Below, in pieces: positions 53,560 through 64,000 of a stretch of DNA of 64,000 nt. The DNA is from Octopus vulgaris (lineage: Eukaryota), in NCBI GenBank assembly GCA_951406725.2, contig OX597825.1, forward strand, positions 44,950,001 to 45,014,000. Direction: 5' to 3'. The notes under the pieces are model-generated. The model saw only the letters and a program-made list of their open reading frames with translations, had not been told where the DNA came from and did not search any database. A program made the position numbers and the translations under genes. Every line of letters starts with the position of its first letter. Positions within the stretch are counted from its first letter, which is position 1.

Positions 53560-53957
53560 TTCCATTGTTCATCCTTAAGGAATAAAGATCTAAGATATCT
53601 ACATAATATTACCAAAGAAATAAACAGCATGGAAGGCCCCCTTGTTCAATTGGATAAAACTGGTAACCTGTATCACTTAAACATGGATTTTTACCTAAAA
53701 CTACTCAAGAAGGAAATACAAAAAATATACAAGACTACTCTCTTTTACTCTTTACTCTTTTTCTTGTTTCAGTCATTTGACTGCGACCATGCTGGAGCAC
53801 CGCCTTTAGTCGAGCAACTCGACCCCGGGAATTATTCTTTTTGTAAGCCCAGTACTTATTCTATCGGTCTCTTTTTCTGAACCGCTAGGTGACGGGGACG
53901 TAAACACACCAGCATCGGTTGTCAAGCAATGCTAGGGGAACAAACACAGACACACAA

Positions 53958-53995
<38 letters not shown>

Positions 53996-55199
53996 ATATA
54001 TACGACAGGCTTCTTTCAGTTTCCGTCTACCAAATCCACTCACAAGGCATTGGTCGGCCCGGGGCTATAGCAGAAGACACTTGCCCAAGATGCCACGCAG
54101 TGGGACTGAACCTGGAACCATGTGGTTGGTTAGCAAGCTACTTACAACACAGCCACTCCTGCACCTACTAGTAAAAATGCTATCAGAAATGCTAACCTTC
54201 TAGGTTAGCTAAGAAAATTATGGAAAAATATAACTTACAAATGAAGACTGAGCTTTTAAATCCAAAGCAACCCTGTTTTGTCTTAAAGGACCACAAACCT
54301 AACTTCTTCAATAACCCAACTTTCTGTCTTATCTGCCCTTCCAGCTGATATCAGTATACTTAGCAAAAATATTCTTGACAAGTACATTCCTTCATTAACA
54401 AAAAAACTTAAACTTAATTTATGGTCTAACTCGTTCCAGGTTGTGGACTGGTTCAACTCTATCAATAATAAACTAAACACTAAATTTATCCAGTTTGATA
54501 TTAGTTTGATATTCCCCTATCAATCCCATCATCTTTAATAAAGCCCTATGGTTCATGCATAATAAAACTGGCCTCTTTTGGGATGAAATAAATTTCATAA
54601 CAAATTTTGGGTTCATAAAGATTGACCTGACTGCCTTGCTATACCTATGGGATCTAGTGGCTCGGCTCAAATTTCTGAATTGGTCGGTATTTATATTTTA
54701 TCAGATATGGGTGACCGATTCCCATATATCCTCACTGGCTTATATCGCGACAACTGCCTCCTTTACCCCCAAAATATCTCTAATCAAAAACTACAAAAGG
54801 TTAAAAACAATTTTGTCAAATTCTTTAGTAATATGGGCTTAAGTATTACCTTCGATGATGATAAAAATAAGGTTAATTTCCTTGATCTTACACTCAACTT
54901 AAATACAGCCTTATATTTCCCATACCATAAACATTTAACCAACCTAAAATACCTCAGCATTTTTAGCAATCACCCTGCTAATATAACCAAAAAATTGGTT
55001 AAAAACATATTGCTTAGAATCTTTTAATTATCTGCCAATGTAATCGTTTTCAATAATAGTGCTGATTTCTATAATTCAGCCTTGTATAAGGTATATAAAG
55101 AACAAATTAAGTATTATAACCATCCTGATCCAGGCTCAACTTCTAATTATCTAGATGACAGTAATTATGCTGCTGCTACTACTACTGCCACTACTACTG

Positions 55200-55267
<68 letters not shown>

Positions 55268-55960
55268 ACAACTACTACTACTACTACTAATAATAATAAT
55301 AATAATAATAATAACAACAAGTAACCTTCCCTACCTATTTCATCAAACTATAGAAAGGAACTTTCCCAAAAATTCCAGGTACCACTCCATTTTCGACACC
55401 CACCGAAAAGAATTGACTTTTCCAACACCAATAACTTCCTACAGATTATATCCTTGCATAACAACTATATTCTTAAAGGTAAAAAAAGAGTTTCACTTAA
55501 TAACTGTAATAACTGTAATAACATTAATAATAATAACGATTGTCTATCCTTAAATAATAGTATCAAAAGTAATAGTCCTTGTAATTGTGGTCTGAATAAA
55601 ACTTGTGTTCTCAACAGAAATTGTAGAATTACTAATGCTACTTACCAATGCAAACTTATCTCTGAATCTAAAGAAATCTTTTATATTGGATTTGTTTCTA
55701 TGGAAGTGAAACAAATCACCTTTCCGCATTTAAATACAATCCATAAACATAATTCTACAGGTCTTGGCATCCCAAAGACTCTAATAAACAGTTTTCTTTA
55801 GATTGGAAAATTTTATCAAGACCATTTCCCTATGATGAAAGGAAATCATTCTGTCCTCTTTGTACGGACGAACAACTATTTATACTCTTTTCCAAACATA
55901 CACTGGTCAGCACCTATAAAGAATGTGTTTACAGGTGTTTTCATTGGAAACAACATTTGT
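53560..55960 (+). mobile_element. Naiad-like PLE (degraded RT + GIY-YIG) with SINE and microsatellite insertions
   Basis: DKTGNLY, LKDHKPNF, FIQFDI, MGSSGSAQISELVG, LYRDNC, VNFLDLTL, SNHPA, CNCGLNKTCVLNRNC, FYIG. Confidence 0.88.
53737..54165 (-). mobile_element. tRNA-derived SINE
   Basis: 10047 family, full length, reverse strand. Confidence 0.88.
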
Positions 55961-56718
55961 TCAGCTATTTCAAATAATATCTACCCCTTACTTAGCAACA
56001 TCTGCAACTTACTTTATATTCTTACTTCCCATACCTTTTATTCTTTCCTTCATCTTTTCTTTCCAACATCATTTTTTTCTATATTTGCTTATACCTCCAT
56101 TTCCCCTTTAATTCTCTTTCTCTCTTTTTCTTTTCCTTCTCTTCTTCTCTTACCCTATGATGTCAAATTTCTTAACAGCAATTTAAAAATTACTAGCATT
56201 CCCTATACAACTTTGCTTTCTATATATGTATATGTGTGTATGTGTGCATGCATGTATATACATGTATATGGGTATATGTGTGCATGAGTGCATGTATGTA
56301 TTTATATGCATACATATTTATGCATATATATATGCATATATTTATGCATACATATACATGCATAGACATGTGATTATATGTATATAATACATATAATTAT
56401 TATTATAGTTATTATACAGTTTGCTGGACATTGTTGTAGGGCTGAAAACAATTACAGAGAAGACAGAATTCCTTGCCTTTGACATTATTTTTTCTAAAAA
56501 TCCCCTAGTAAACACGGTTATAGAGTGAGCATACAGATGTAAACATTGGCAAAAACTTTAGGAAAGTAAAAAAAACGAAACTCGTCAATAAGACATTTTA
56601 GCAAAAAATGATGGATTTGTATAGCGATTAACTGAACGCTATTAATATTGTTTAAAAAAAACGTTATATGATATAACGTCAAAAGTAGCTAACAGAAACA
56701 GTAGGGATATTAATAGTG

Positions 56719-57804
56719 AATTCGGATTTGGAAACACTGAAAGTAGGAGCATACCCTTTTGGCGACTTTTCACCTCAGAAGATCCGTTCAAACTAACAGT
56801 GCCAGCAAATTCAAAATATGCAAGCGAAGAATTCCTGCTCTCCCCCTTCCACCCACATGGGTCAGACTAGTAAACACCATATTTTATCGGTGAAAACCGA
56901 GGCATTAAACAGAGAGAAATGAATTATAATTTCAACAATTGAGGGTAAAATTAATTAGTTATTAATCAATTTCACCAAGTATTCAGTATGTAAAGGGACC
57001 ATTTAAGGCGAATTCAAAATATTACATTGTATAAAAGGGCTTAGTAAAATAAATTACTTTGCCACATACTGAACTCATTAGAAATAGCAGCCAAAAAAAG
57101 ATTTTTTAGCCATTTCTAATACTTAAAGAAAATTTCTCTCAGATAGTGTTTACTCAAAATAACCCACGAAGGTATGGGGGTAAAACATTAAAAAATCACA
57201 AGTGCAAAGATTATTTGAGAACGTACGTTTCTAGAATTCTTGAATTCACCTTAAATGGTCCCTTTACATACTGAATACTTGGTGAAATTGATTAATAACT
57301 AATTAATTTTACCCTCAATTGTTGAAATTATAATTCATTTCTCTCTGTTTAATGCCTCGGTTTTCACCGATAAAATATGGTGTTTACTAGTCTGACCCAC
57401 GTGGGTGGAAGGGGGAGAGCAGGAATTCTTCGCTTGCATATTTTGAATTTGCTGGCACTGTTAGTTTGAACGGATCTTCTGAGGTGAAAAGTCGCCAAAA
57501 GGGTATGCTCCTACTTTCAGTGTTTCCAAATCCGAATTAAGAAATTTTGGGCTGACGAAAGAAATGTCGAATTGTATTTGGCTGATCTAGAAACGTACGT
57601 TCTCAAATAATCTTTGCACTTGTGATTTTTTAATGTTTTTACCCCCATACCTTCGTGGGTTATTTTGAGTAAACACTATCTGAGAGAAATTTTCTTTAAG
57701 TATTAGAAATGGCTAAAAAATCTTTTTTTGGCTGCTATTTCTAATGAGTTCAGTATGTGGCAAAGTAATTTATTTTACTAAGCCCTTTTATACAATGTAA
57801 TATT
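56719..57804. mobile_element. Interleaved double inverted repeat A-B-A'-HHR-B' (non-coding, pLTR/retrozyme-like)
   Basis: A 56719-57017 is the reverse complement of 57240-57538; B 57018-57235 is the reverse complement of 57586-57804; near-identical. Confidence 0.9.
57546..57607 (+). ncRNA. Hammerhead ribozyme variant
   Basis: tttggg-CTGACGA-a-aga..gtcgaat tgt atttggc..tct-a-GAAA-cgtacg-TT^ctcaaa; 6-bp stem I and palindromic stem III. Confidence 0.78.
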
Positions 57805-57822
57805 ATATATATATATGTATAA

Positions 57823-57958
57823 AGGCGAGCTGGCAGAAACGTTAGCACGCCGGGCGAAATGTGTAGCCGTATTTCGTCTGCAGTTACGTTCTGAGTTCAA
57901 ATTCCGCCGAGGTCGACTTTGCCTTTCATCCTCTCGGGGCCGATAAATAGAGAACCAG
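57823..57958 (+). mobile_element. Second SINE family, 5' part
   Basis: GGCGAGCTGGCAGAAACGTTAG...GAGTTCAAATT (B box), then GGTCGACTTTGCCTTTCATCCT..CGGGG.CGATAAA. Confidence 0.7.
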
Positions 57959-58005
<47 letters not shown>

Positions 58006-58006
<1 letters not shown>

Positions 58007-59295
58007 GAGGGGCGTTCAATAAGTAATGCCCCTGACCCACTTGCAGTTGTTGGATCTAGCTGAAATGTTGCATGTGCAATTATTTATATCTCTATAGATT
58101 AAGTGGCAAATTACAGCTCTGAACTAATTGTGGTTTCCGATTTACAGGTGTTTGAACTGAGTCAAGTGTGAAATGGAGCATGTTGAGTGTCGAGCAGTGA
58201 TCCGGTTTTTGTATTTGAAAGGACGCACACCGCGGGAGACTTTTGATGAAATGAAAGTAACTTATTGTGATGATGCCCCATCATATGACCTTGTGAAACG
58301 CTGGCATCGTGAATTCAAACATGGTCGGAACTCTGTGGAAACAGCTCCCAGATCTGGTCGCCCCATCTGCCATTGATGAGGCATCTGTCCGTCAAGTTGA
58401 GGCTGCCATTTTGGAAGACCGACGCATAACTATTCACCAAATAGCCCATGAGGTCAAGATTAGTACCGGGTCTGTGGAAACTGTCATTCATGACCATTTG
58501 CATATGCAAAAGGTATCTGCCAGATGGATTCCCATGTTGCTCACACCTTTCCAGAAGCAAAAACGCGTCGATTGCTCCAGGATGAATTTGGAGATGTGCC
58601 AAGAAGATGAGTCAAAATTTTTCAAAAGACTGATTGCATAGGATAAAACCTGGGTCCATCACTATGATCCAGCGACCAAAGCCCAGTCAATGCAGTGGAA
58701 GCACCGTGACTCACCTCCTCCAAAGAAGGCAAGGGTGCAGCCCTCCACTGGCAAGGTCATGCTTACAGTCTTCTGGGACCAGGATGGAGTAGTGATGACA
58801 GATTTCCTGGCAAAGGGTGCCACAATTACAGGAGTCTATTATGTTTCACTTTTGAGGAAATTAAGAGAAGCTATCAAAATCAAGAGGCGGGGCAAGATCA
58901 GCAAAGGCATCCTCCTCCTGCAGGACAACGCTCCGATCCACAACTCGCATGTCCCCAGATCAGAAGCACAGGCGTGCGGCTATGAACTCATCCACCATCC
59001 CCCCTACTCTCCTGACCTTGCACCCTCTGATTTTCACCTCTTCCCAGCCATGAAGTTGTTTTTGAAAGGAAAGCGTTTCCCAGATGATGCAGCCTTGATT
59101 TCTGAAGTCACGTCGTGGTTGGAGGACCAAGCTGGGGTCTTCTACAAAAACGGTCTTCAGAGCTGCATCAAACGATGGGAGAAATGCGTAACTCTGGGTG
59201 GTTCCTATGTAGAAAAAGACTAATAACTGTGCCAAGTTTCGTTGCTCTACTGCTATGGGAAGTGGGTCAGGGGCATTACTTATTGAACGACCCTC

Positions 59296-59296
<1 letters not shown>
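58006..59296 (+). mobile_element. Full-length mariner (1291 bp) in (TA)n
   Basis: 37-bp TIRs cgaggggcgttcaataagtaatgcccctgacccactt with one mismatch; TA flanks. Confidence 0.97.
58173..59223 (+). pseudogene. mariner DD34D transposase with one frameshift (~58365) and one stop (58639-58641)
   Basis: [54 protein letters not shown]. Confidence 0.95.
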
Positions 59297-59389
<93 letters not shown>

Positions 59390-59402
59390 GATGATATATA
59401 TG

Positions 59403-59433
<31 letters not shown>

Positions 59434-59446
59434 GATGATATATATG

Positions 59447-59489
<43 letters not shown>

Positions 59490-59666
59490 AGACAAATGAA
59501 AGAAGGGGACTCAATACATTTATTGGGAGTTACATATATAAATCAAACTGGTTTGATTTTTATAGTGTGTGTGTGTGTGTGTATGTATGGGTGTGTGTGT
59601 GTGTGTGTGTGTGCGTGCACGCATGTGTGTGTATCCAAGTTTGTATAAGTGTATATAGAAAAATAT

Positions 59667-59872
59667 ATCAATGAATGACATTCCAAATAAGTCTGATTTT
59701 CATGATTTATAATTTGCAATTTTTACAATTCTAAAATATTGAAATAAACTGTCATACATAAATCTGATGACTGTATAACATATGAAAGTATTAGTTTATT
59801 TTAATATTGTAAAATTGTAAAAATTGCAAATAATACACCATGAAAATCAGACTTTGTTGGAATTTCATTGAT
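59667..59872 (+). repeat. Mini fold-back with a degenerate HHR in the loop
   Basis: Arms 59667-59750 and 59793-59872; loop ataaat-CTGATGA-ctgtataacatat-GAAA-gtat-TA^gtttat. Confidence 0.68.
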
Positions 59873-60119
59873 TAATATATATATATATATATATATCATC
59901 ATCATCATCATCGTTTAACGTCCGTTTTCCGCACTGGAGCTTGCTTCCTTATCACATGGTTCCAGGTTTAGTTCCACTACATGACACATTGGGCTAGTGT
60001 CCTCTACTATAGTCTTGGGCTGACCAATGCCTTTTGAGTGGATTTGGTAGACTGAAAGAAGCCTGTTGTATATATATATATTTCATTTCATTTCATTTCA
60101 TTTGAGTTTGAGTCCATGC

Positions 60120-63100
60120 TCAGGCCAAGTCGAAGACTCCACCCTCAGAGTCTGGTGTGGTTGCCAGGTTGTATTCTCTGTTTAATTTTGACATGTGTAG
60201 GAGCGAGTTTGAGTCAGTTTGTGCTCGTTGTGTATATCCTGGGAGATGGGGTTCATCTCTAATGGTGCTTAAGTATCTATCCAGCTGCAATTTGAATGAT
60301 TCCACACTGCATCCTGATAGATTTCTGACATGTACCGGAATGGAGTTGAATAGTTGTGCTCCTCGAACCAACAGACTTGATTCTCGCAGGGTTTTTGCTG
60401 CCTGGCCAGCCTTTTTGTTGATTGGTGGTAGCTGGCAGCGTCTTCCGAGGCGCAGTGAGTGGTAGGTTTTGATACCAAAGTTTGGCACCTTTTGCTCTAT
60501 CATTTTCCAAATGTATATAATTCGGTATCGCTCAAATCTTCTTTCTATTGAGTACATCCTCAAGGTTTTGAGTCTTTGCCAATAGTCCAGGTCCCTCGTT
60601 TCTGAGAAGTATGAGGTAAAATTTCTTTGGAGCGATTCCATCTTAGATAGTTGGCCCTTTGTTGTTGGTGACCACAACTGAGAACAGTAGTCAATCCTCG
60701 GAAGTATCATACTGTTCCAGAGGGTTTTCATTGTTGAGGTATCTCTTGATTTGAAGGTGCGCAAGATCCACCCGCTGTACTTTCTTGCAGTAAGACAGAC
60801 TGAGTCAAGGTGTTCTCTGAATTTTAGGCTGGTTCCCATGTGGATGCCTAAATCTTTCACATACTGTTTTTCCATTATTTGTTGTCCTGATGGGTTTCTG
60901 TAGTTTGTTGTATTTTTCAGATCTTGATCTGTTCCGTAGCGAATTAGTTCAAACTTCTTATCATTGAACAACATGTTGTTTGTTTCCTGCCATTTATATA
61001 TGGTGGTCAGGTCCTTTTGTAAGGCCTCTGTATCCACCTCGTCTTTGATTTGTCTCATGACCCTGGTGTCATCAGCAAAGGATGAGACGTTGCTGGTTGT
61101 ATCTTCATCTATGTCAGAGATGAGGATGAGAAACAGGATTGGGCCGAGTACTGTACCCTGAGGAACACTGCTGGTCACAGGTGATGGTGTTGAATGGGTT
61201 CCATTCACAGTGACTGTTTGAGTTCTATTTGTAAGGAACTCATGTATCCATGTACCAACTTTTCCTCCTACTCCTAGCTTTCGAAGTTTGTGACCCAGGA
61301 TGCCATGATCTACCTTGTCAAATGCCTTGGCAAAGTCGAGGTAAATAACATCTGTGTTGTATCCATTCTCTAGGTTTTCTAGGATTTGGTCATGGTGTGC
61401 CAGTAGTTGGGAAAGACATGATCTACCTAACCTGAATCCATGCTGGTTGCAATTCATCAGATTGTTGGATTCCAGGAACTCAACCAGTTTTCCACGAACT
61501 ATTCTTTCGAAGACCTTGATAATGTGTGATGTCAGTGAGATTGGTCGCTAGTTCTTTGGTTTTGATTTGCTGTCCCCTTTATGTATTGAAGTTATGTGTG
61601 CTTCTTTATATGTATTTGGTATTTTGCCATTCTCCATAGATTTCCTCCATATCATGTAAAGGGGTTTCAACAATTGTACCTTGCAGTTTTTAAGTATCAT
61701 GGCATTGAAACCGTCAGGCCCCGCAGCCGAGTGCATGGAGAGCTTGTCTATGGCTCTTTCTATGTCTTCTGGGTTGAAATCAATGTCGGATAGGGTAGGT
61801 TTAGTATGGTCGATATCCTTGAAGAATTTTCCTGGGTCATGGATCTTCATGGTTTTAGATGGCTCACTGAAGACACTTTCATACTGTTGACCCAACATTT
61901 CTGCCATTTCAATAGGGTTATTCACTACATCCCCATTTTGTCTCTGGAGAGGTCCTATTGTTGACTTGGTATTCGAGTATTTCTTTGCAAAACTGTAGAA
62001 ACATTTTGGATTTTTCTTGATGTTTTCTATGGCTCTCTTTTCTGCATTGTTACGTTCTTCATCATAGTGTTGTTTTAGATTGTCTTCTAATCTGTATATT
62101 TGGTCAAGGACTTTCTGTAATTCATGTTTTGATGTCAGCTTAGATGTTTTGTTTCTTAGTCTTGACCTTTTGCGCATCAGGATCTTTCGCTCCCGTGGTA
62201 CAGGTTTTTTTGTGGATTTGGTTTTCTTAAGAGGAATATTTTTTGCACATATTTCTTCGATCTTGTTTAAGAATTTCTTGTGTTTATCTGGCCCAGTAAG
62301 GTAGAGATCCCAGTCAATGATTTGTAACTGGTTGTTAATAGTTTCCCAATTTGCCTGGTGATAATCATACCTGCATAGCTTTGGCATGTCCTTTTGTTTA
62401 AGAGTTGTGGCATTGGGCTCATTACCAATGTGTAAATGCATTTCAATAATATTGTGGTCTGAAAGGATTGTTGGGGTTGAGTGAAGGTCAAATAGCGTGT
62501 CCTCGTTGTTGGTGAAAACCAAGTCGATCGTATTATTATTTCTTGTTGCTTCTGTCATCATTTGTTTGAGGTATAATTTCTCTGTGACTTCCAACAGTTT
62601 GGCTGCCTGTATTTGTTCAGCTTTTGTCCCCAGTTTTAGTATGTGTCCATGTGGCCAGATGATGTTAGGGAAGTTGAAGTCACCAAGGAGGCTAATGTCT
62701 GGCATTGGACTCGCCATGTTTCCCAGAATTTGTTGGAGCTTTGTCAGTGGCTCAGTGAAGGATAATGTTGGGCTGTTTGGCGGTCTGTACATTATTGTTA
62801 CAACTGTATTAAGTTGGATGATTTTTATGCACAGCAGGTTGCAGTAGGCATTTGATTCATTGACAAGTTCTATGCATGCATAGGTATCATGGATATACAT
62901 GATAACGCCCCCATGGGATCTGCCTTGTCTATCACATCTGATGATGTTGAATCTATTGATTGTGATTTCGCTGTTGCGGATGTTTTCGTTGAGATGACTT
63001 TCAGTAATTCCAATTATTTTGGAGTTGTTTTCTGTTGCTAATTCTTCCAAGAAAGGGACTTTACACTGTTTTGTTTTCGGATAAAGACCCTGGATATTTG

Positions 63101-63185
63101 CTGTTATTATGCTTGTTGTACAGGATACATCTGTCCTATTGTTGGCAAGACTGTTGTAGTTGCTGGGACTGTGCTGACTGGATAT
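60120..63185 (-). CDS. LINE ORF2 (APE endonuclease + RT) with a single in-frame TAG at 61548-61550
   Basis: TANIQG, ITESHL, LGDFNFP, IDLVF, SDHN, N*RPISLTS, QHGFR, YLDFAKAFDKV, VPQGTVLGP, FADD, YCSQLW. Confidence 0.95.
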
Positions 63186-64000
63186 TCAGTCTGCTGGGCT
63201 GTCTGTATTTGTTGTATGTGCCCTGTAAGTCCAGGTGTCAGCCTTTGTATCAATGTTGCCTGGTTTTGCTGAGTCATCTGTATGGAGTACAGCTGTTGTT
63301 GTAGTTGGTAGATTATGCCTAAAAAACTGCTTTCATTCATTACTATATCGAATTTCTGCGAGTTTGGGTTTGTTACAGCTGATGTATGCAATTGAGTAGC
63401 ATGATTTTCATTCACTGTTGAGCCATGACCTGGTTTCCACATTTTTGGGAAATGGTTTTCATACCCTGCTGAGCTTGGTCCTGGTGGTGTGGGTTCAGTA
63501 GTTTTTATGCGAATTGTACCCTTCCGGTGCATAAATTTGCAATTCTCGCCAAAACATTCTTTTTTTCTCAGCGAATTGCGGCACATCTTTGGGTGAAGGA
63601 GTTCACATTCTCGGCCATTTTGGCATCCTTTTTTTCGATCAGTACCGAAGTTGATATATGGTTTGCATGGTTTGGGGTGACTGTACGTGCACCCTGTACC
63701 TGAAAGACCATGTTTGCACTTGTTGCGCCTGTAATGGATACATACTGGCCTTTCTTCATTTGAGCGTTTGCTCTGAATCTGTTTCTTTTCGTGGGAGGTT
63801 TGGTCTTTTTCTGCAGGATCTCCTGTTTCTTGTTTTGTAGGTGTTTGCATGTCATTGTCTTCATTCTTGTCATTTACAAGAGGCACTTGGATGGCCTGTG
63901 TGTGGCAGGATTTATTTGCCATGTCAGTTTCGCCAATCAATGTCTGTTTAGAACGGCCTGTCTGTGGTAGGGTCCTAGGTTCATTCGTTATTGTGGCCCT
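63107..64000 (-). CDS. LINE ORF1 with three CCCH zinc fingers (5' end outside the window)
   Basis: C-x7-C-x8-C-x3-H, C-x13-C-x5-C-x3-H, C-x8-C-x4-C-x3-H, then a Q-rich tail; frame open to 64000. Confidence 0.85.
   Translation of the reverse strand, partial: RATITNEPRTLPQTGRSKQTLIGETDMANKSCHTQAIQVPLVNDKNEDNDMQTPTKQETGDPAEKDQTSHEKKQIQSKRSNEERPVCIHYRRNKCKHGLSGTGCTYSHPKPCKPYINFGTDRKKGCQNGRECELLHPKMCRNSLRKKECFGENCKFMHRKGTIRIKTTEPTPPGPSSAGYENHFPKMWKPGHGSTVNENHATQLHTSAVTNPNSQKFDIVMNESSFLGIIYQLQQQLYSIQMTQQNQATLIQRLTPGLTGHIQQIQTAQQTEYPVSTVPATTTVLPTIGQMYPVQQA

Larger units (their letters stand above)
60081..64000 (-). mobile_element. CR1-group LINE, near-intact, runs off the window end
   Basis: ORF1 plus ORF2 (APE-RT), very short 3' UTR, (TGAAA)n tail. 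Confidence 0.95.

Noticed and set aside
57823-57910. tRNA gene
   Set aside because: No complete cloverleaf; continues into a SINE body
61548-61550. Programmed readthrough in CR1 ORF2
   Set aside because: TAG replaces the conserved Tyr of NYRPISL; a point mutation is the simplest explanation

Overview
AT-rich eukaryotic genomic DNA made almost entirely of nested transposable elements and (TA)n/(TG)n/(GAT)n microsatellites. The SINE and LINE repeat set points to a cephalopod (Octopus-like) genome; this is inferred. No complete host gene is present, only one or two candidate minus-strand exons. Elements seen: four mariner copies (one full-length with TIRs), one Tc1, two hAT elements with 8-bp TSDs, a Mutator-like MITE, a Helitron Pif1 helicase with its 3' end, several RTE/BovB-type LINEs, a near-intact CR1-type LINE with a triple-CCCH ORF1, many tRNA-derived SINEs, and at least six Penelope-like element (PLE) remnants, four of them Naiad-like (CxC-x5-C-x5-C linker plus GIY-YIG). 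The most notable signal is a set of minimal hammerhead ribozyme (HHR) motifs (CUGANGA-stem II-GAAA-short, often palindromic stem III-UH). Five of them lie in or next to fold-back structures, and in four of those five the inversion breakpoint falls at or within about 10 nt of the ribozyme core. One is an ORF-less interleaved A-B-A'-HHR-B' unit at 56.7-57.8 kb, consistent with copying from a tandem or circular (retrozyme-like) template. All alignments and folds were done by eye.
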